Translations under genes and position numbers: made by a program
In this document: positions 1 to 10,372 of the stretch, piece after piece
How the letters are laid out: each line of letters begins with the position of its first letter
Numbering within the stretch: the first letter of the stretch is position 1
Virus record (IMG/VR): IMGVR_UViG_3300032237_001169
Location: 44,842-108,841 of that record
Reading direction: 5' to 3' (one strand)
DNA: 64,000 nt
Source of the DNA: a virus
Lineage: Duplodnaviria > Caudoviricetes
Notes under the pieces: model-generated
The model's database searches: none
Seen by the model: only the letters and a program-made list of their open reading frames with translations
What the model was told of the DNA's origin: nothing

Positions 1-123
1 ATGATAAAAGCGACAACTTAAAATCAAAAGATGTCGAACGAATGCATCGAATAATAAATCATATAAAATGCGAGTTTTATAGATATAACGAAAAGAAAAA
101 GATTTTAGTAAAATATAATTAAT

Positions 124-720
124 ATGAAATTAATAATTGCTCCAGAATATTATGATAATATTGATAGTAATCTTCCCTCTGTGTTCTTAGGAGGCGGCAT
201 AACCAATGTTAAATTATGGCAAGATGTATTGATAAAAGAAATTCAAGATTTGGATTGTATTGTTTACAATCCTCGTAGAAAATCGTTTGATATTAAAGAT
301 CCTACTCAAAGCGAAATCCAAATTCGCTGGGAACATAAATATTTGAATGAATCTGATATTGTTATTTTCTATTTTAGTAGCGAAACTCTTTGTCCAATTA
401 CTCTTTTTGAACTTGGAGCAAGATTGATGGCAAATCAAAATGCAGTTTATCCTCGGTCAATTTACATTTATTGTGAACCTGATTATCAACGTAAATTTGA
501 TGTTGAGTTTCAAACCAAATTAGCTCAAGAAAATTACATTGATATTCAAGAAGCTATTTATCAAATTTATAAAGATAATCCAGATTATGCGCATTTGCCT
601 GTCAAATTAGCTAAAATGAAGCAAGATGGACCACAAGAATATGGTTATGATGTGCGTTGCTTTGACAATTATGATCGATTTGTATTGACCCTATCCGATC
701 GTATTAGAAAAGGAAAATAA
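124..720 (+). CDS. Nucleoside 2-deoxyribosyltransferase-like protein
   Basis: VFLGGGIT..WQ, YNPRR, QIRWE..YL..SD, ETLCPITLFELG motifs. Confidence 0.8.
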   Translation: MKLIIAPEYYDNIDSNLPSVFLGGGITNVKLWQDVLIKEIQDLDCIVYNPRRKSFDIKDPTQSEIQIRWEHKYLNESDIVIFYFSSETLCPITLFELGARLMANQNAVYPRSIYIYCEPDYQRKFDVEFQTKLAQENYIDIQEAIYQIYKDNPDYAHLPVKLAKMKQDGPQEYGYDVRCFDNYDRFVLTLSDRIRKGK

Positions 721-721
721 T

Positions 722-898
722 ATGAGCAGTAATATCAGTGAATTTGAGAGAACCAAACCTGTGTTGAATATCAATGATATAATCAAATATGTTGAAAATC
801 AACAAGCGGTAGTAGATAGTAGAGAAGCTAATGAATTTGTGAATAGTTTGTTATATTTGTTGAATGATATGAAAGTCAGTCTTAAAAAAGGAGAATAA
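722..898 (+). CDS. Hypothetical protein (58 aa)
   Basis: Open frame ATG722-TAA898 fills the gap between two genes; below the ORF-track cutoff. Confidence 0.6.
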   Translation: MSSNISEFERTKPVLNINDIIKYVENQQAVVDSREANEFVNSLLYLLNDMKVSLKKGE

Positions 899-899
899 A

Positions 900-1319
900 G
901 TGCGGCTATCTTGGGAACAAACTGCTATGAATTTAGCATACGATATTGCCAAGTATCGTAGCGAAGATCCATATGTCAAGGTTGGTGCATGCATCATTAA
1001 AAAGGATAAAAGTATCATTTTGGGATACAATGGTGCTCCAAAAGGAATGACAATGGATTGGAGCGACAGAGACGAACGCCGCAAATGGGTATTTCATGCA
1101 GAAAGTAATGTTCTCAATAGAATTTTGCCGGGTGAAGCAGAATTGCTTGCAGTTACGCACATTCCATGTATAGAATGTCTCAAGGTTATAAAACAGAAAG
1201 AAATAAACACTGTATATTACAGCATTCGTAGCCCACAATACAATCCTGAATATGTGGAACAAATGGCAAAAACATTTCAAATAAATCTAATTCAATTGAA
1301 TTATGTCACAATCCTATAA
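900..1319 (+). CDS. dCMP deaminase
   Basis: RSEDP..KVGACI, GYNG, HAE, PCIEC zinc-deaminase motifs. Confidence 0.9.
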   Translation: MRLSWEQTAMNLAYDIAKYRSEDPYVKVGACIIKKDKSIILGYNGAPKGMTMDWSDRDERRKWVFHAESNVLNRILPGEAELLAVTHIPCIECLKVIKQKEINTVYYSIRSPQYNPEYVEQMAKTFQINLIQLNYVTIL

Positions 1320-1614
1320 AACAATTCAAATTCAAAAAATTGCTGCTGTTGATGGTGGACTTGTTCCTATGGAAAAGGACAAGTATGTTCCCGGCACTGC
1401 AAATAACATTTCAGAAAACAAAAGTTTGCCAATTGAGTCTTCTATTGAAGGTGAATTGTTGTCTCCATTTGAAGTGGGTAAAGGAGTTACTGTATTTAGA
1501 ACCAAGCGAAATGGTGTAGCTGCCACAGGTTATTTTCAAACAAGTAAATTAACCGAAGTTACTGAAAATACATTTAAAACACAAAACAGCGTTTACGCTT
1601 ATAACTATCTTTAA
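1303..1614 (+). CDS. Hypothetical phage protein
   Basis: Overlapping ORF; C-terminal TS....V....FKTQNSVY motif typical of small phage proteins. Confidence 0.65.
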   Translation: MSQSYKTIQIQKIAAVDGGLVPMEKDKYVPGTANNISENKSLPIESSIEGELLSPFEVGKGVTVFRTKRNGVAATGYFQTSKLTEVTENTFKTQNSVYAYNYL

Positions 1615-1617
1615 TAT

Positions 1618-1974
1618 ATGCCCTGCCATAGCGGGTATCCTAGTGATCAAGAAATTCAATTTACAAAAGAAAAAAATTAATTGAAAGAAGAACTAGACAA
1701 AGTGACACGATTATTGTGTACCACACTGCGTCTTCTTGAAAATGAACATCATGAATGTTTAAAAGCAAATTTGCAATTTTATTCACATCCATATTTGCCT
1801 GACAATTATCTACAAATTGAAGGATTAGAAGCATGGTGGAATAAACATAAAAAATGGGATGAATTGCGTTTAATTCGTGAAGAAGCAAAACGTAAAGAAG
1901 TGGAAAAACAAAATCTAATTAAAGAGGCACTTGGTAAATTGACTGCCAAAGAAAAAGAAGCGTTGGGTTTGTAA
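1618..1974 (+). pseudogene. Hypothetical protein with in-frame TAA at 1678
   Basis: ATG1618 MPCHSGYPSDQEIQFTKEKN*LKEELDKVTRLLC... is one continuous frame. Confidence 0.6.
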
Positions 1975-1980
1975 AAAAGA

Positions 1981-2010
1981 TTGACTTCCATGTTAAAAAA
2001 TGCTTAACAT
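1981..2010 (+). promoter_or_regulatory. Sigma70-like promoter, leaderless start
   Basis: TTGACT..TAACAT with ATG 6 nt after the -10. Confidence 0.65.
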
Positions 2011-2016
2011 AACTGT

Positions 2017-2430
2017 ATGAACGATGAGTTACTAGAAAAATTAAGAATTTTTGTTACAAATGCCCATGCTGGACAGTTTCGCCGGGATGGAAAAACTCCT
2101 TATATTGAACATATTTTCGCAGTTGAAAATCGTGTAAAGCATTTGGGTAACAAATATCGAGCCGTTGCACTCGCCCACGATCTTTTTGAAGACACTAAAG
2201 TAACTACACATGATCTATTGACAATGGGGATTGAAGAGGATATTGTTGCCGCAGTTCAAATTCTCACCAAACATCCTAGCCGCAGCTATGATGAATATAT
2301 TAAATTAGTCAAATTCAACAATCTCGCATGCCACGTAAAAATTGCAGATATGTTGAGTAATCTTTCCGACAGTCCTACAATTAAACAAATTCGTAAATAT
2401 TCAAAAGGTCTGCTGTTTCTAACTGAATAA
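2017..2430 (+). CDS. HD-domain hydrolase, RelA/SpoT small alarmone hydrolase (Mesh1)-like
   Basis: AHAGQFRRDGKTPYIEH, LAHDLFEDT, VKIAD...NL. Confidence 0.8.
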   Translation: MNDELLEKLRIFVTNAHAGQFRRDGKTPYIEHIFAVENRVKHLGNKYRAVALAHDLFEDTKVTTHDLLTMGIEEDIVAAVQILTKHPSRSYDEYIKLVKFNNLACHVKIADMLSNLSDSPTIKQIRKYSKGLLFLTE

Positions 2431-2513
2431 ATAATTATATGAACAAAATGTATGTGTTAGTAATCTATACAAAATAATATGAATTAATAGATTACTAACA
2501 CATATGTATATAC

Positions 2514-3269
2514 ATGAATGAATATTATGTATATGCACTACTAGACCCTCGGAAACCCGGAGTATTTAAATATGATAAAATCAATTGTATTTTTAATTTT
2601 CAACCATATTACATTGGAAAAGGATCTAAAAATCGTGTTGTTAGACATTTTACGGAATTAGAATCATCGAAAAGATATAATCAAATTAAATATTATAAAA
2701 TAAAAAATATAATAAAAGAGGGATATGATCCAAAATTATATTTTGTTATTATAAATAACAATTTAGAAGAAAAACAAGCACTATTATTAGAATCTGAATA
2801 TATAAAAATCTTAGGAAGAATTGATAAAAAAACAGGAATCCTTTCAAATCTTACCGACGGTGGAGAAGACTCATCAATGATGACATCGAAACTCTCAGGT
2901 AAAAGTTATGAACAGATATACGGAATAAAAAAAGCAAATAAATTAAAAAATGATAAAAAAATTCGATTTAGTGGAAAAAACAATCCGATGTATGGTAAAA
3001 AATGTTGGTTAAATGGAAATCATCAGACAGAAGAAACTAAGAAAAAAATATCCGACCAAAGAAAAAAACCCATAAAGCAATTGACACTGCAAGGAAGTTT
3101 GATAAAGATATGGTCGTCAGCAATAGATGCGGCTAATGAATTGGGGATTAGTAAATCTAGCATACACAATGTTACAAATCCCAATATGCGAGCAAAAACT
3201 GCTGCCGGATATAAATGGGAGTACGTAGATACAAAAAATATAAAATATGAATGCGACAATTCACTCTGA
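2514..3269 (+). mobile_element. Free-standing GIY-YIG homing endonuclease with NUMOD3/NUMOD1 tail
   Basis: YVYALLDPR..YYIGKG..R, NLTDGGE, NPMYGK, W.SA.DAA.ELG. Confidence 0.85.
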
Positions 3270-4044
3270 ACTTTCAGTAAAACGCCGAGGAGGCCAAATT
3301 TCTGATTTTTATACTTTTCACGACTTTATGGACTGTTCAAAAGAAGTTGAAGCTACGAACAAACACAGATTCCTCACCCATTCTATGTTTTTCGTCAAGG
3401 AAGCTATGATTCCTATTTTTGGAAATACTATTCATATTAAAGGTGGCAAGCCTGTAAATATGAAGGATATGCTTGAACAGGATCATATTGTTGCCGATTA
3501 TGGTGGCAAGTTTATTCCTACATTGACCGATTTCACTGATGAAATTGAAGATCACGCAGATGATGAAGCTATTATTAAAGATTTTCAGAGTGACAATGCT
3601 GCATTTTTTCAGGAACATACGAATGTTTATCGTACCATGATGGCACCCTTGCATCTTACTGGTAAGATCAAAGGACTATTTGCCACGCACAATAGCTGGT
3701 TTGTAGGTATTATTTTGCCGCGCATTTATCCTCATATTAAGATTGAATTGAAAAACTACAATATCAATTGTTCCTTTTTCTTTAATCGTATGAATTACAA
3801 GGGATGGATGCAGAATGGCAAAGGTGTGCCTCCTAGTTTTGAACGACTGGAAAACGCCAAAGTCACTCGCAGAATTGCGTTGACACAGCCAACATACGAT
3901 GGTAGTGTCAAACAACAGACTGAGATTGCATCACCGATCAGTCAGAGTATTGTGGCGAATTTTAATCCACCTGATGGAATCGTTGCGGCAATTACTGATG
4001 GCAGTCCAGCATACTTTGCTAAATTGGCAGAAATCGGAGATTAA
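3247..4044 (+). CDS. DUF6915-like protein
   Basis: IHS..SVKRRGG...D....HDFMD.SK...HRFLTH, EQDHI..DYGG.FIP. Confidence 0.65.
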   Translation: MNATIHSELSVKRRGGQISDFYTFHDFMDCSKEVEATNKHRFLTHSMFFVKEAMIPIFGNTIHIKGGKPVNMKDMLEQDHIVADYGGKFIPTLTDFTDEIEDHADDEAIIKDFQSDNAAFFQEHTNVYRTMMAPLHLTGKIKGLFATHNSWFVGIILPRIYPHIKIELKNYNINCSFFFNRMNYKGWMQNGKGVPPSFERLENAKVTRRIALTQPTYDGSVKQQTEIASPISQSIVANFNPPDGIVAAITDGSPAYFAKLAEIGD

Positions 4045-4062
4045 CAAATAATATTCAACAAT

Positions 4063-4467
4063 ATGAAACTAAATAAGCCTGATACTAACAAAATCAAAGA
4101 ATTGTCAGCGTCCGTTGAAAAGCTCACTGAGCAAGTTCATCAAATTAATGAACTGATTTTTCAATTGATTGTAAACAACCTTTTTGGTTCTTATCCAGAA
4201 CTCAAGAAGTTTGCATTTACTGGATATGTGCCGGGATACAATGACGGTGAAGAGTGTACTTTTACACTTGGCACTGATTATCCCGAAATTAATGAAGACG
4301 AAAGTGATGATTATTCTGACGAAGTTAATCGTCAACTTAGTGATATTGTGACTGAATATCTAAATATTCTTCCAGAAGAGTTTTATCAATCACATTTTGG
4401 AAGCAATTTTCGCGTGGTTGCTACCCGTGAAGGTGTAAATGTTGAAGAGTACGACTGCGGCTATTAA
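4063..4467 (+). CDS. Conserved acidic phage protein (Y.P.YNDGE.C.F family)
   Basis: Motif GYVPGYNDGEECTF; resembles 4480 and 16169. Confidence 0.7.
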   Translation: MKLNKPDTNKIKELSASVEKLTEQVHQINELIFQLIVNNLFGSYPELKKFAFTGYVPGYNDGEECTFTLGTDYPEINEDESDDYSDEVNRQLSDIVTEYLNILPEEFYQSHFGSNFRVVATREGVNVEEYDCGY

Positions 4468-4479
4468 CAATAATATATT

Positions 4480-5349
4480 ATGTCAGACTTCAAGAAAGAA
4501 TTGAATGCTTTGTACGCAAAGCACAAGCAGGAATTGCAAACTGCAATTAACAATTATCTAATTGCACAATTCAAGGAATACTTTGAAAAGTATCCTGCTG
4601 TTAAATCTGTAAAGATCAATGCTGAACAGAGCTACAACGATAGTGATTATTCTGACACTGTTTACAAAGATAGTGAAAGTATCAAAATCAATGGATACAA
4701 TTACATGGATCTTGACGATGAAGATTGGGATGACGACGAATGCGTAGAAAATATTGGTTTGACTAGAGAGCAGCATAACAATCTAGCAAGCGAAGCGGCT
4801 GATATTTTTGACCAAATTAGTGATTATATTCTATCGCATGCGTATGGCACTTCGTTTGGATTGAAGATTGACCATCTTAGTATTACACGCGAATCCAGCG
4901 ATATTGAAATTTTACTTAAAATAAGTAATCCAGAATTTGTTCCACTAACAAAAGAATCATTAACTAAAATGTCTATTAAAGAAAATTATCGTAAGGTTAC
5001 AAAACAGGAGCTTGAAGCACTTGGTTTTGTGTTTCCAACAGACAAATACAAAGAGCATATTGCATTTGCTCGTAAGTATTATCCCAAGGAAGCCACCTCA
5101 CTTGTACTCGCTATTAATAGCGAATACAATGATAATACCTATGACAATAGTTTGTCGTATGTAATTGCTTACAACAAGGATGGTAATGAATTGCCACCTT
5201 TGAAAGAGACTGCCAAGGAATGCCGTCAAAAGTGGTTTGAACTTTCCATTCCCGGCATGGGCAAATATGGATATGAATCACAAGAAGAACTTGAAGATGT
5301 TGTAATTCCTCTATCTGATAATATTCCTGATCTGTATATTAAAGTATAA
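4480..5349 (+). CDS. Acidic phage protein with two related YND domains (possible fusion)
   Basis: INAEQSYNDSDY and INSEYNDNTY; internal MSIKENY. Confidence 0.65.
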   Translation: MSDFKKELNALYAKHKQELQTAINNYLIAQFKEYFEKYPAVKSVKINAEQSYNDSDYSDTVYKDSESIKINGYNYMDLDDEDWDDDECVENIGLTREQHNNLASEAADIFDQISDYILSHAYGTSFGLKIDHLSITRESSDIEILLKISNPEFVPLTKESLTKMSIKENYRKVTKQELEALGFVFPTDKYKEHIAFARKYYPKEATSLVLAINSEYNDNTYDNSLSYVIAYNKDGNELPPLKETAKECRQKWFELSIPGMGKYGYESQEELEDVVIPLSDNIPDLYIKV

Positions 5350-5353
5350 TTTC

Positions 5354-5482
5354 AACACGATAGTCATAGCTGATCGGACATAATAAGAATTAATAAAGGT
5401 CTATTACCTGTAATCATACGAGGAATAATGAATTAAAGGGGACGAGTAAGCGAAACGAGAATTCCCTCTTGACTATCGTGTT
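5354..5482 (+). ncRNA. Candidate structured RNA closed by a 13-bp stem
   Basis: aacacgatagtca (5354-5366) is complementary to tgactatcgtgtt (5470-5482), followed by a T-run; inner stem agggga/ttccct. Confidence 0.4.
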
Positions 5483-5547
5483 TTTTTAAGTATAGTAGCA
5501 AACGTAGTAAATAACAAACAAACATAAAAATTAAATTAGGTAAATAA

Positions 5548-6399
5548 ATGAATGTGAACATTGCAGATATTGATGCTAACGAGTTTAGCTGGGCTGAAGG
5601 TTCAAAGAGCAATTGTTTTGTTGTAGGACGCAATACTAAAATTTTGCCTTCTGCATTTTATACAGTTGCACAAAATCAAGACAGCTCATATAGCTATTAT
5701 CGCCAGACTATCAAGACCGACGAATTGATTTCGTTCAAGAATAGTATAGCTGCTGAAATTTTGAACGAAATTCAAAATTTCTGGAACAGCGCTGATAAGT
5801 TCAAGCAATATGGATTTTTGCAGCGTCGTGGATATATGTTTTATGGACCTCCGGGCAGCGGCAAAACCGCAATTACCGAGCAGATTGTTTCTGCTACTAT
5901 TACCAATGGTGGTGTAGCGTTCATGTGTCGCAATGATCCAGAGGATTTTGCAGCGGGACTTTCTTGGTTCCGTCGATATGAGCCAGATCGTCCGATTGTC
6001 TGTTTGTTTGAGGACATCGATAGCATCATTGACCGCTACGGTGAGAGCGATTTGCTGAGTTGTTTGGACGGTGAAAATCAAGTTGACCATGTGCTGAACA
6101 TTGCAACCACCAATTATCCTGAAAAGCTAAATAAGCGTATTATCAACCGCCCTCGTCGATTTGATCGCGTCATTAAAATCGGTTTCCCCGACGCCAAAAT
6201 TCGTGAGCAGTATTTCGTCAACAAACTGAATATTGACAAGACCGAGGTCGTAGCGTGGATTAACGCTACCAAAAACTTCAGTTTCGCTGCAATGACTGAT
6301 TTGGTAATTAACGTCAAGTGCTTTGGTTATCCTCTTGACCTAAGCGCAAAAAAGGTTAAGGAAACCATGACTATCAAAGCTGACAGCGACGACAACTAA
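5548..6399 (+). CDS. AAA+ ATPase
   Basis: GPPGSGKT Walker A, LFEDID Walker B, TTNYPE..RPRRFD. Confidence 0.9.
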   Translation: MNVNIADIDANEFSWAEGSKSNCFVVGRNTKILPSAFYTVAQNQDSSYSYYRQTIKTDELISFKNSIAAEILNEIQNFWNSADKFKQYGFLQRRGYMFYGPPGSGKTAITEQIVSATITNGGVAFMCRNDPEDFAAGLSWFRRYEPDRPIVCLFEDIDSIIDRYGESDLLSCLDGENQVDHVLNIATTNYPEKLNKRIINRPRRFDRVIKIGFPDAKIREQYFVNKLNIDKTEVVAWINATKNFSFAAMTDLVINVKCFGYPLDLSAKKVKETMTIKADSDDN

Positions 6400-6410
6400 A
6401 AAACAATTAC

Positions 6411-6442
6411 AAAAAAGTTCCATCGAAAGATGGAGCTTTTTT
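6411..6442 (+). terminator. Intrinsic terminator
   Basis: aagttccatc-gaaa-gatggagctt followed by a T-run. Confidence 0.8.
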
Positions 6443-6503
6443 GTTGACTACGTATAAAAACCTGCTAGGAGCATCAGCGTAGAAAGTCGGTAAACAAAAT
6501 AAT

Positions 6504-6703
6504 ATGTTCGCTAATATTTATTTTCAGTTTATTGGCATCGGTTAAGGTAAATTAGCTTTTCTAAAGCAGACTGCCGACAAGTATCCAATACTGGATTTCT
6601 TCATATACAGGAATTTGATAAGATTGTTGATGACGATGATGATTTTATCAATACATTACTTAGTGATGAATTGTGCGAGTATCTGAAGCAGAAGAATGAT
6701 TGA
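6504..6703 (+). pseudogene. Decayed small gene (TAA at 6543 plus a frameshift)
   Basis: MFANIYFQFIGIG*GKLAFLKQTADKY..., then HIQEFDKIVDDDDDF...KND* in another frame. Confidence 0.5.
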
Positions 6704-7067
6704 ACTGCACAAAATAAATGTAAAAGATGTTGACTATAAACTTCGTCAACATCTTTGGCGCTGCTCCTACAAAAATTTTGGGTATTTGTTTGCAACATTT
6801 GAAAGCTGTTGCGCCGATAAAAAAACAAAAGACAATTATATAGTTTATTGCCTATATAAAGGTAAGTTTGCCGGATGGGGATTACACAACATATCAGAGA
6901 AAACGCCATGTATTATGTTGTATGTATATAAGAAATGCCGGCGCAAAGGAATAGGAACTGCAATAATTAAACGAATAACAAAAAATAAACCAATTGAAAA
7001 ATTCTTCTATCACAAAGATGGTAGCAACGATTGGTTTTTTAATAAATTAGAAACTAAGAAAACATGA
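6696..7067 (+). CDS. GNAT acetyltransferase
   Basis: LYVYKKCRRKGIGT acetyl-CoA binding motif. Confidence 0.75.
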   Translation: MIELHKINVKDVDYKLRQHLWRCSYKNFGYLFATFESCCADKKTKDNYIVYCLYKGKFAGWGLHNISEKTPCIMLYVYKKCRRKGIGTAIIKRITKNKPIEKFFYHKDGSNDWFFNKLETKKT

Positions 7068-7660
7068 GTAATACATATTTTACAAGCGATTCGCATTTCC
7101 ACCACGCAAAAATAATTCAATACAGCAATCGTCCTTTTAAGGACAGTGTTGAGATGAACAACAAATTAATTGAAAACTGGAACGCAGTTGTTCAGCCAGA
7201 TGATTTAATTTATCATTTGGGAGATTTTAGCTTTGGCCGTGAAGATTATCTATTTGATAGCGTAATCAATAGACTCAATGGATATATTGTGTTTATTGAG
7301 GGCAATCATGATAAACTTGCCCGACGAAATAAACATAGATTCTACAACTATCATTATGGTTATTGTGAAGCTACAATCAATGGACAATTTATTATAATGT
7401 CGCATTATCCTATGGTTGTTTGGAACGGAAAACATCACGGCGCATGGATGTTGTGTGGACATACACATTATAATTTACCTGTTTCACGTCAAGACAGCAT
7501 GGAATTGGGTAGATTGTTGGATGTTGGTGTTGATGGAAACAACTATAAACCATATAGTTTTGACGATATTGCCCGAATAATGAATACCAAGCCAATGATG
7601 CCTAAAAATCCATTATTTAGCGATCATCATGGACGCAACAGTAGTGATGTTGTTGACTAA
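7064..7660 (+). CDS. Calcineurin-like metallophosphoesterase
   Basis: TSDSHF.H, HLGDF, GNHD, HYP, GHTH, DVGVD. Confidence 0.9.
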   Translation: MSNTYFTSDSHFHHAKIIQYSNRPFKDSVEMNNKLIENWNAVVQPDDLIYHLGDFSFGREDYLFDSVINRLNGYIVFIEGNHDKLARRNKHRFYNYHYGYCEATINGQFIIMSHYPMVVWNGKHHGAWMLCGHTHYNLPVSRQDSMELGRLLDVGVDGNNYKPYSFDDIARIMNTKPMMPKNPLFSDHHGRNSSDVVD

Positions 7661-7705
7661 ACAAAGTTGTTGATTTTCTATAGAAACATGATAACGTCTT
7701 TCCAG

Positions 7706-8095
7706 ATGAACAAACATCTGGAAATGCGCACCCTTGAATTGGCAAAGGCTATGTGTCCGCTCAACCTAGAACACAGGTGTAGTCACATTGCTTTTCTTAT
7801 AAAAAGTGGAAAAATAACGCATATTGGAACAAATTCAGTAAAAACACATCCAAAAATATTAAAGTTTAATTATAAAAAACTCCTAAATATAGGAATTCAT
7901 GCAGAATTGAGCGTATGCATGAAAAGCGGAAAGGAAAATTTAAAAAACTATAAAATGGTGGTGATTCGAATTGACAGAAACAATAGAATTGCCAATAGCA
8001 AACCGTGCAGTGGATGTCAAAGTGTAATTAAACAATTTAATGTTGGGGAAGTGTGGTATAGTACCGATACGGGTTCAATTCAACAATTGAAATAA
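7706..8095 (+). CDS. Zinc-dependent cytidine/CMP deaminase-like protein
   Basis: HAE..., SKPCSGC. Confidence 0.8.
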   Translation: MNKHLEMRTLELAKAMCPLNLEHRCSHIAFLIKSGKITHIGTNSVKTHPKILKFNYKKLLNIGIHAELSVCMKSGKENLKNYKMVVIRIDRNNRIANSKPCSGCQSVIKQFNVGEVWYSTDTGSIQQLK

Positions 8096-8100
8096 AAAAT

Positions 8101-8381
8101 ATGAAACATAAAAAAATATTTTCAAAAATTCGAAAATAGACAAAACAGTCAGAAAATAAAAGACAATTCTATTCAGATAAAGAGAATAGAAAAAACATAG
8201 TGAAGCATGTAGAAATAAAACAATTCATGTATTTGAAAATGAAATCACAGGCGAACAATTTAAAGGAACAAGATATGATTTTGAACGAAAATATAAACTA
8301 AATAATATCACATTATTATTAAATGGAAAGTTAAAAACTGTTAAGAAATGGAAACACATAAAGTATGAACAAAGTATTTGA
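8101..8381 (+). pseudogene. Remnant of a homing-endonuclease DNA-binding tail
   Basis: KHSEACRNKTIHVFENEITGEQFKGTRYDFERKYKL...KKW with a TAG and frameshift upstream. Confidence 0.55.
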
Positions 8382-9459
8382 TAAGTTATATAGTGAAGAT
8401 TCATCCGGCAACATTCGTGTGTGGTGGATAGAACAAAAAGATAACATGTATAGAACACATTCAGGTGTGTCAAACGGACAAATCGTTACAACAGAATTTA
8501 CAGAATGTACTTCAAAAAATTCTGGAAAACAGAATGAAACATCGCCTGTAATACAATGTACAAAGGAGTGCGAATCTCTAATAAAGAAAAAATTAAAAAC
8601 TGGTTATCACAAAAACGAGAAAGACGCCGCTCTTGGAACCAATTATGTCGAACCGATGTTGGCAAAAAAGTACGGAGAAGTGGATTTTGTATTTCCGGTT
8701 TATACACAACCAAAACTAGATGGTATGCGTTGTATTGTAACTAAAGATGGAATGTGGAGTCGTACCGGAAAACCGGTGGTATCAGCACCTCATGTTTACA
8801 ACGCTCTAAAACCTCTTTTTTTGAAAGATCAAAATTATATTTTTGATGGCGAATTATTCTGTAATAAATATAAAAATGATTTCAATGCGATCATTAGTTT
8901 GGCTAAACAGACTAAGCCAACTACCGAAGATTTGGTGTTGAGTGAAAAACACCTTCAATATTGGATTTATGATTTACCAAGCAGCAAGAAGGTCTTTTCA
9001 GAAAGATTCGAGGATATTCAAAAGTTGGTTCCTAATCATAAATCGTTGGTCATCGTTCCTACCAATCTTGTAAATACTCAAGAAGAGTTGGACGGTTTGT
9101 ATGCTGAATATCTAAAAGACGGGCAAGAGGGACAAATGATTCGTATCAATGACGTGTATGAAAACAAACGAAGTAAGTTTCTTTTGAAGAGAAAAGAGTT
9201 CGTTGACGATGAGTTTCGTATCGTCGATATCTCTGAAGGAAAAGGCAATCGTTCAGGAATGTTTGGTCGTGCCCATCTGATCACATCCAGCGGAGTTGAA
9301 TTTGAAGCGAACGCCCGTGGAAATGAATGTTTTTATCAAGAATTGCTTAAAAATAAATCTAAATATATCGGTAAAATGGCCACTGTTCGTTATCAAAACC
9401 TAACACCAGATGGAAAACCTAGATTTGGTGTAGTTATTGTGATTCGCGATTATGAATGA
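8365..9459 (+). CDS. lig: ATP-dependent DNA ligase
   Basis: QPKLDGMRC, FDGELF, EGQMIR, YENKRSKFLLKRK, KPRFG. Confidence 0.95.
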   Translation: MNKVFDKLYSEDSSGNIRVWWIEQKDNMYRTHSGVSNGQIVTTEFTECTSKNSGKQNETSPVIQCTKECESLIKKKLKTGYHKNEKDAALGTNYVEPMLAKKYGEVDFVFPVYTQPKLDGMRCIVTKDGMWSRTGKPVVSAPHVYNALKPLFLKDQNYIFDGELFCNKYKNDFNAIISLAKQTKPTTEDLVLSEKHLQYWIYDLPSSKKVFSERFEDIQKLVPNHKSLVIVPTNLVNTQEELDGLYAEYLKDGQEGQMIRINDVYENKRSKFLLKRKEFVDDEFRIVDISEGKGNRSGMFGRAHLITSSGVEFEANARGNECFYQELLKNKSKYIGKMATVRYQNLTPDGKPRFGVVIVIRDYE

Positions 9460-9647
9460 TCCATCCTTTATGAGAATATTGTTTAGATTTTGTTTTAGAA
9501 AACATTTTTCTGTGCAATGAAAATCCATATTTGAGTGAAAAATCACAACGAGTACCAGAGTAGATTTTATTTGTTTTTTTATTGAAAAAAACATAAATTT
9601 GTTTGTCTGACATTGGATGTTGATTGCCACTTAAATTGCCAAAATGA
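9456..9647 (+). pseudogene. Decayed gene with four internal stops
   Basis: Frame bounded by ATGA overlaps at both ends: MIHPL*EYC...VPE*ILF...KKT*IC...GC*LPLKLPK*. Confidence 0.45.
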
Positions 9648-10372
9648 TTTACGCAATAACTCAATTTGTTAATTTTGACGTTGAGAAAGAGCGAGTGCGA
9701 TTAAATAGTTGTTTTGAAGATGATGTTCTTCATAGACAATTGCATATTTTTCAACTTTTTCTTGACGGCAACTACGAAGAATGCTATAAGTGTATTGCAT
9801 TGTTGCCATACGACGAAGAAAATGAATGTGATGAAGCCGAATATGTTTGTCCATTCATTTTTGAATCTATTCGTAGTATTAAAGAAATTCCTAACGTAAG
9901 AATTGAACCAATAAATGAACACGACACAGCCAGCACAAAAGCCAAAGATTGATAATAATGCTTTGTTTGCTCAACGTTTAATTGATACTCCACCGGAATA
10001 TAATTTGGGTCAAATGGTTAAGTTTGTATTTAAGAAGGGAACCAGTGGAGGAATTGGATATATTACAGGCCGCGTGTATAATGAAAATGAAAAGAATTGG
10101 AAATACACTATCAAGCCATATTCATTGAATACAAATTTCGATGATGTTGTGGTAATTGGTAAGCATACGCTATGAATATTCATGTATCAGAAGAAATCAG
10201 AAAAAAATATCCAAATATGGAGTTTCGTGGAAAACCACGAAATATAAAGAATCGAACTGTAATAGAAGCAATCAATCATACTACAAATATGAATTTTTAT
10301 TATAGCTTTGAAGAAGATTTCTTTTGGTTCACTAATTGTGAAATGCCAGATTGGATGATGAAGAAATTGTGA
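9644..10372 (+). CDS. Three hypothetical proteins (9644-9952, 9915-10175, 10172-10372)
   Basis: Tightly overlapping + strand ORFs. Confidence 0.6.

Noticed and set aside
2439-2477. MNKMYVLVIYTK stub as another displaced N-terminus
   Set aside because: It precedes an HEG but does not match the downstream gene (MNATIHS); probably a remnant of a deleted gene.
5438-5458. Hammerhead ribozyme (GACGAG-TAAG-CGAAAC)
   Set aside because: Lacks the CUGA of the core (reads GGGA) and has no convincing stems I and III.
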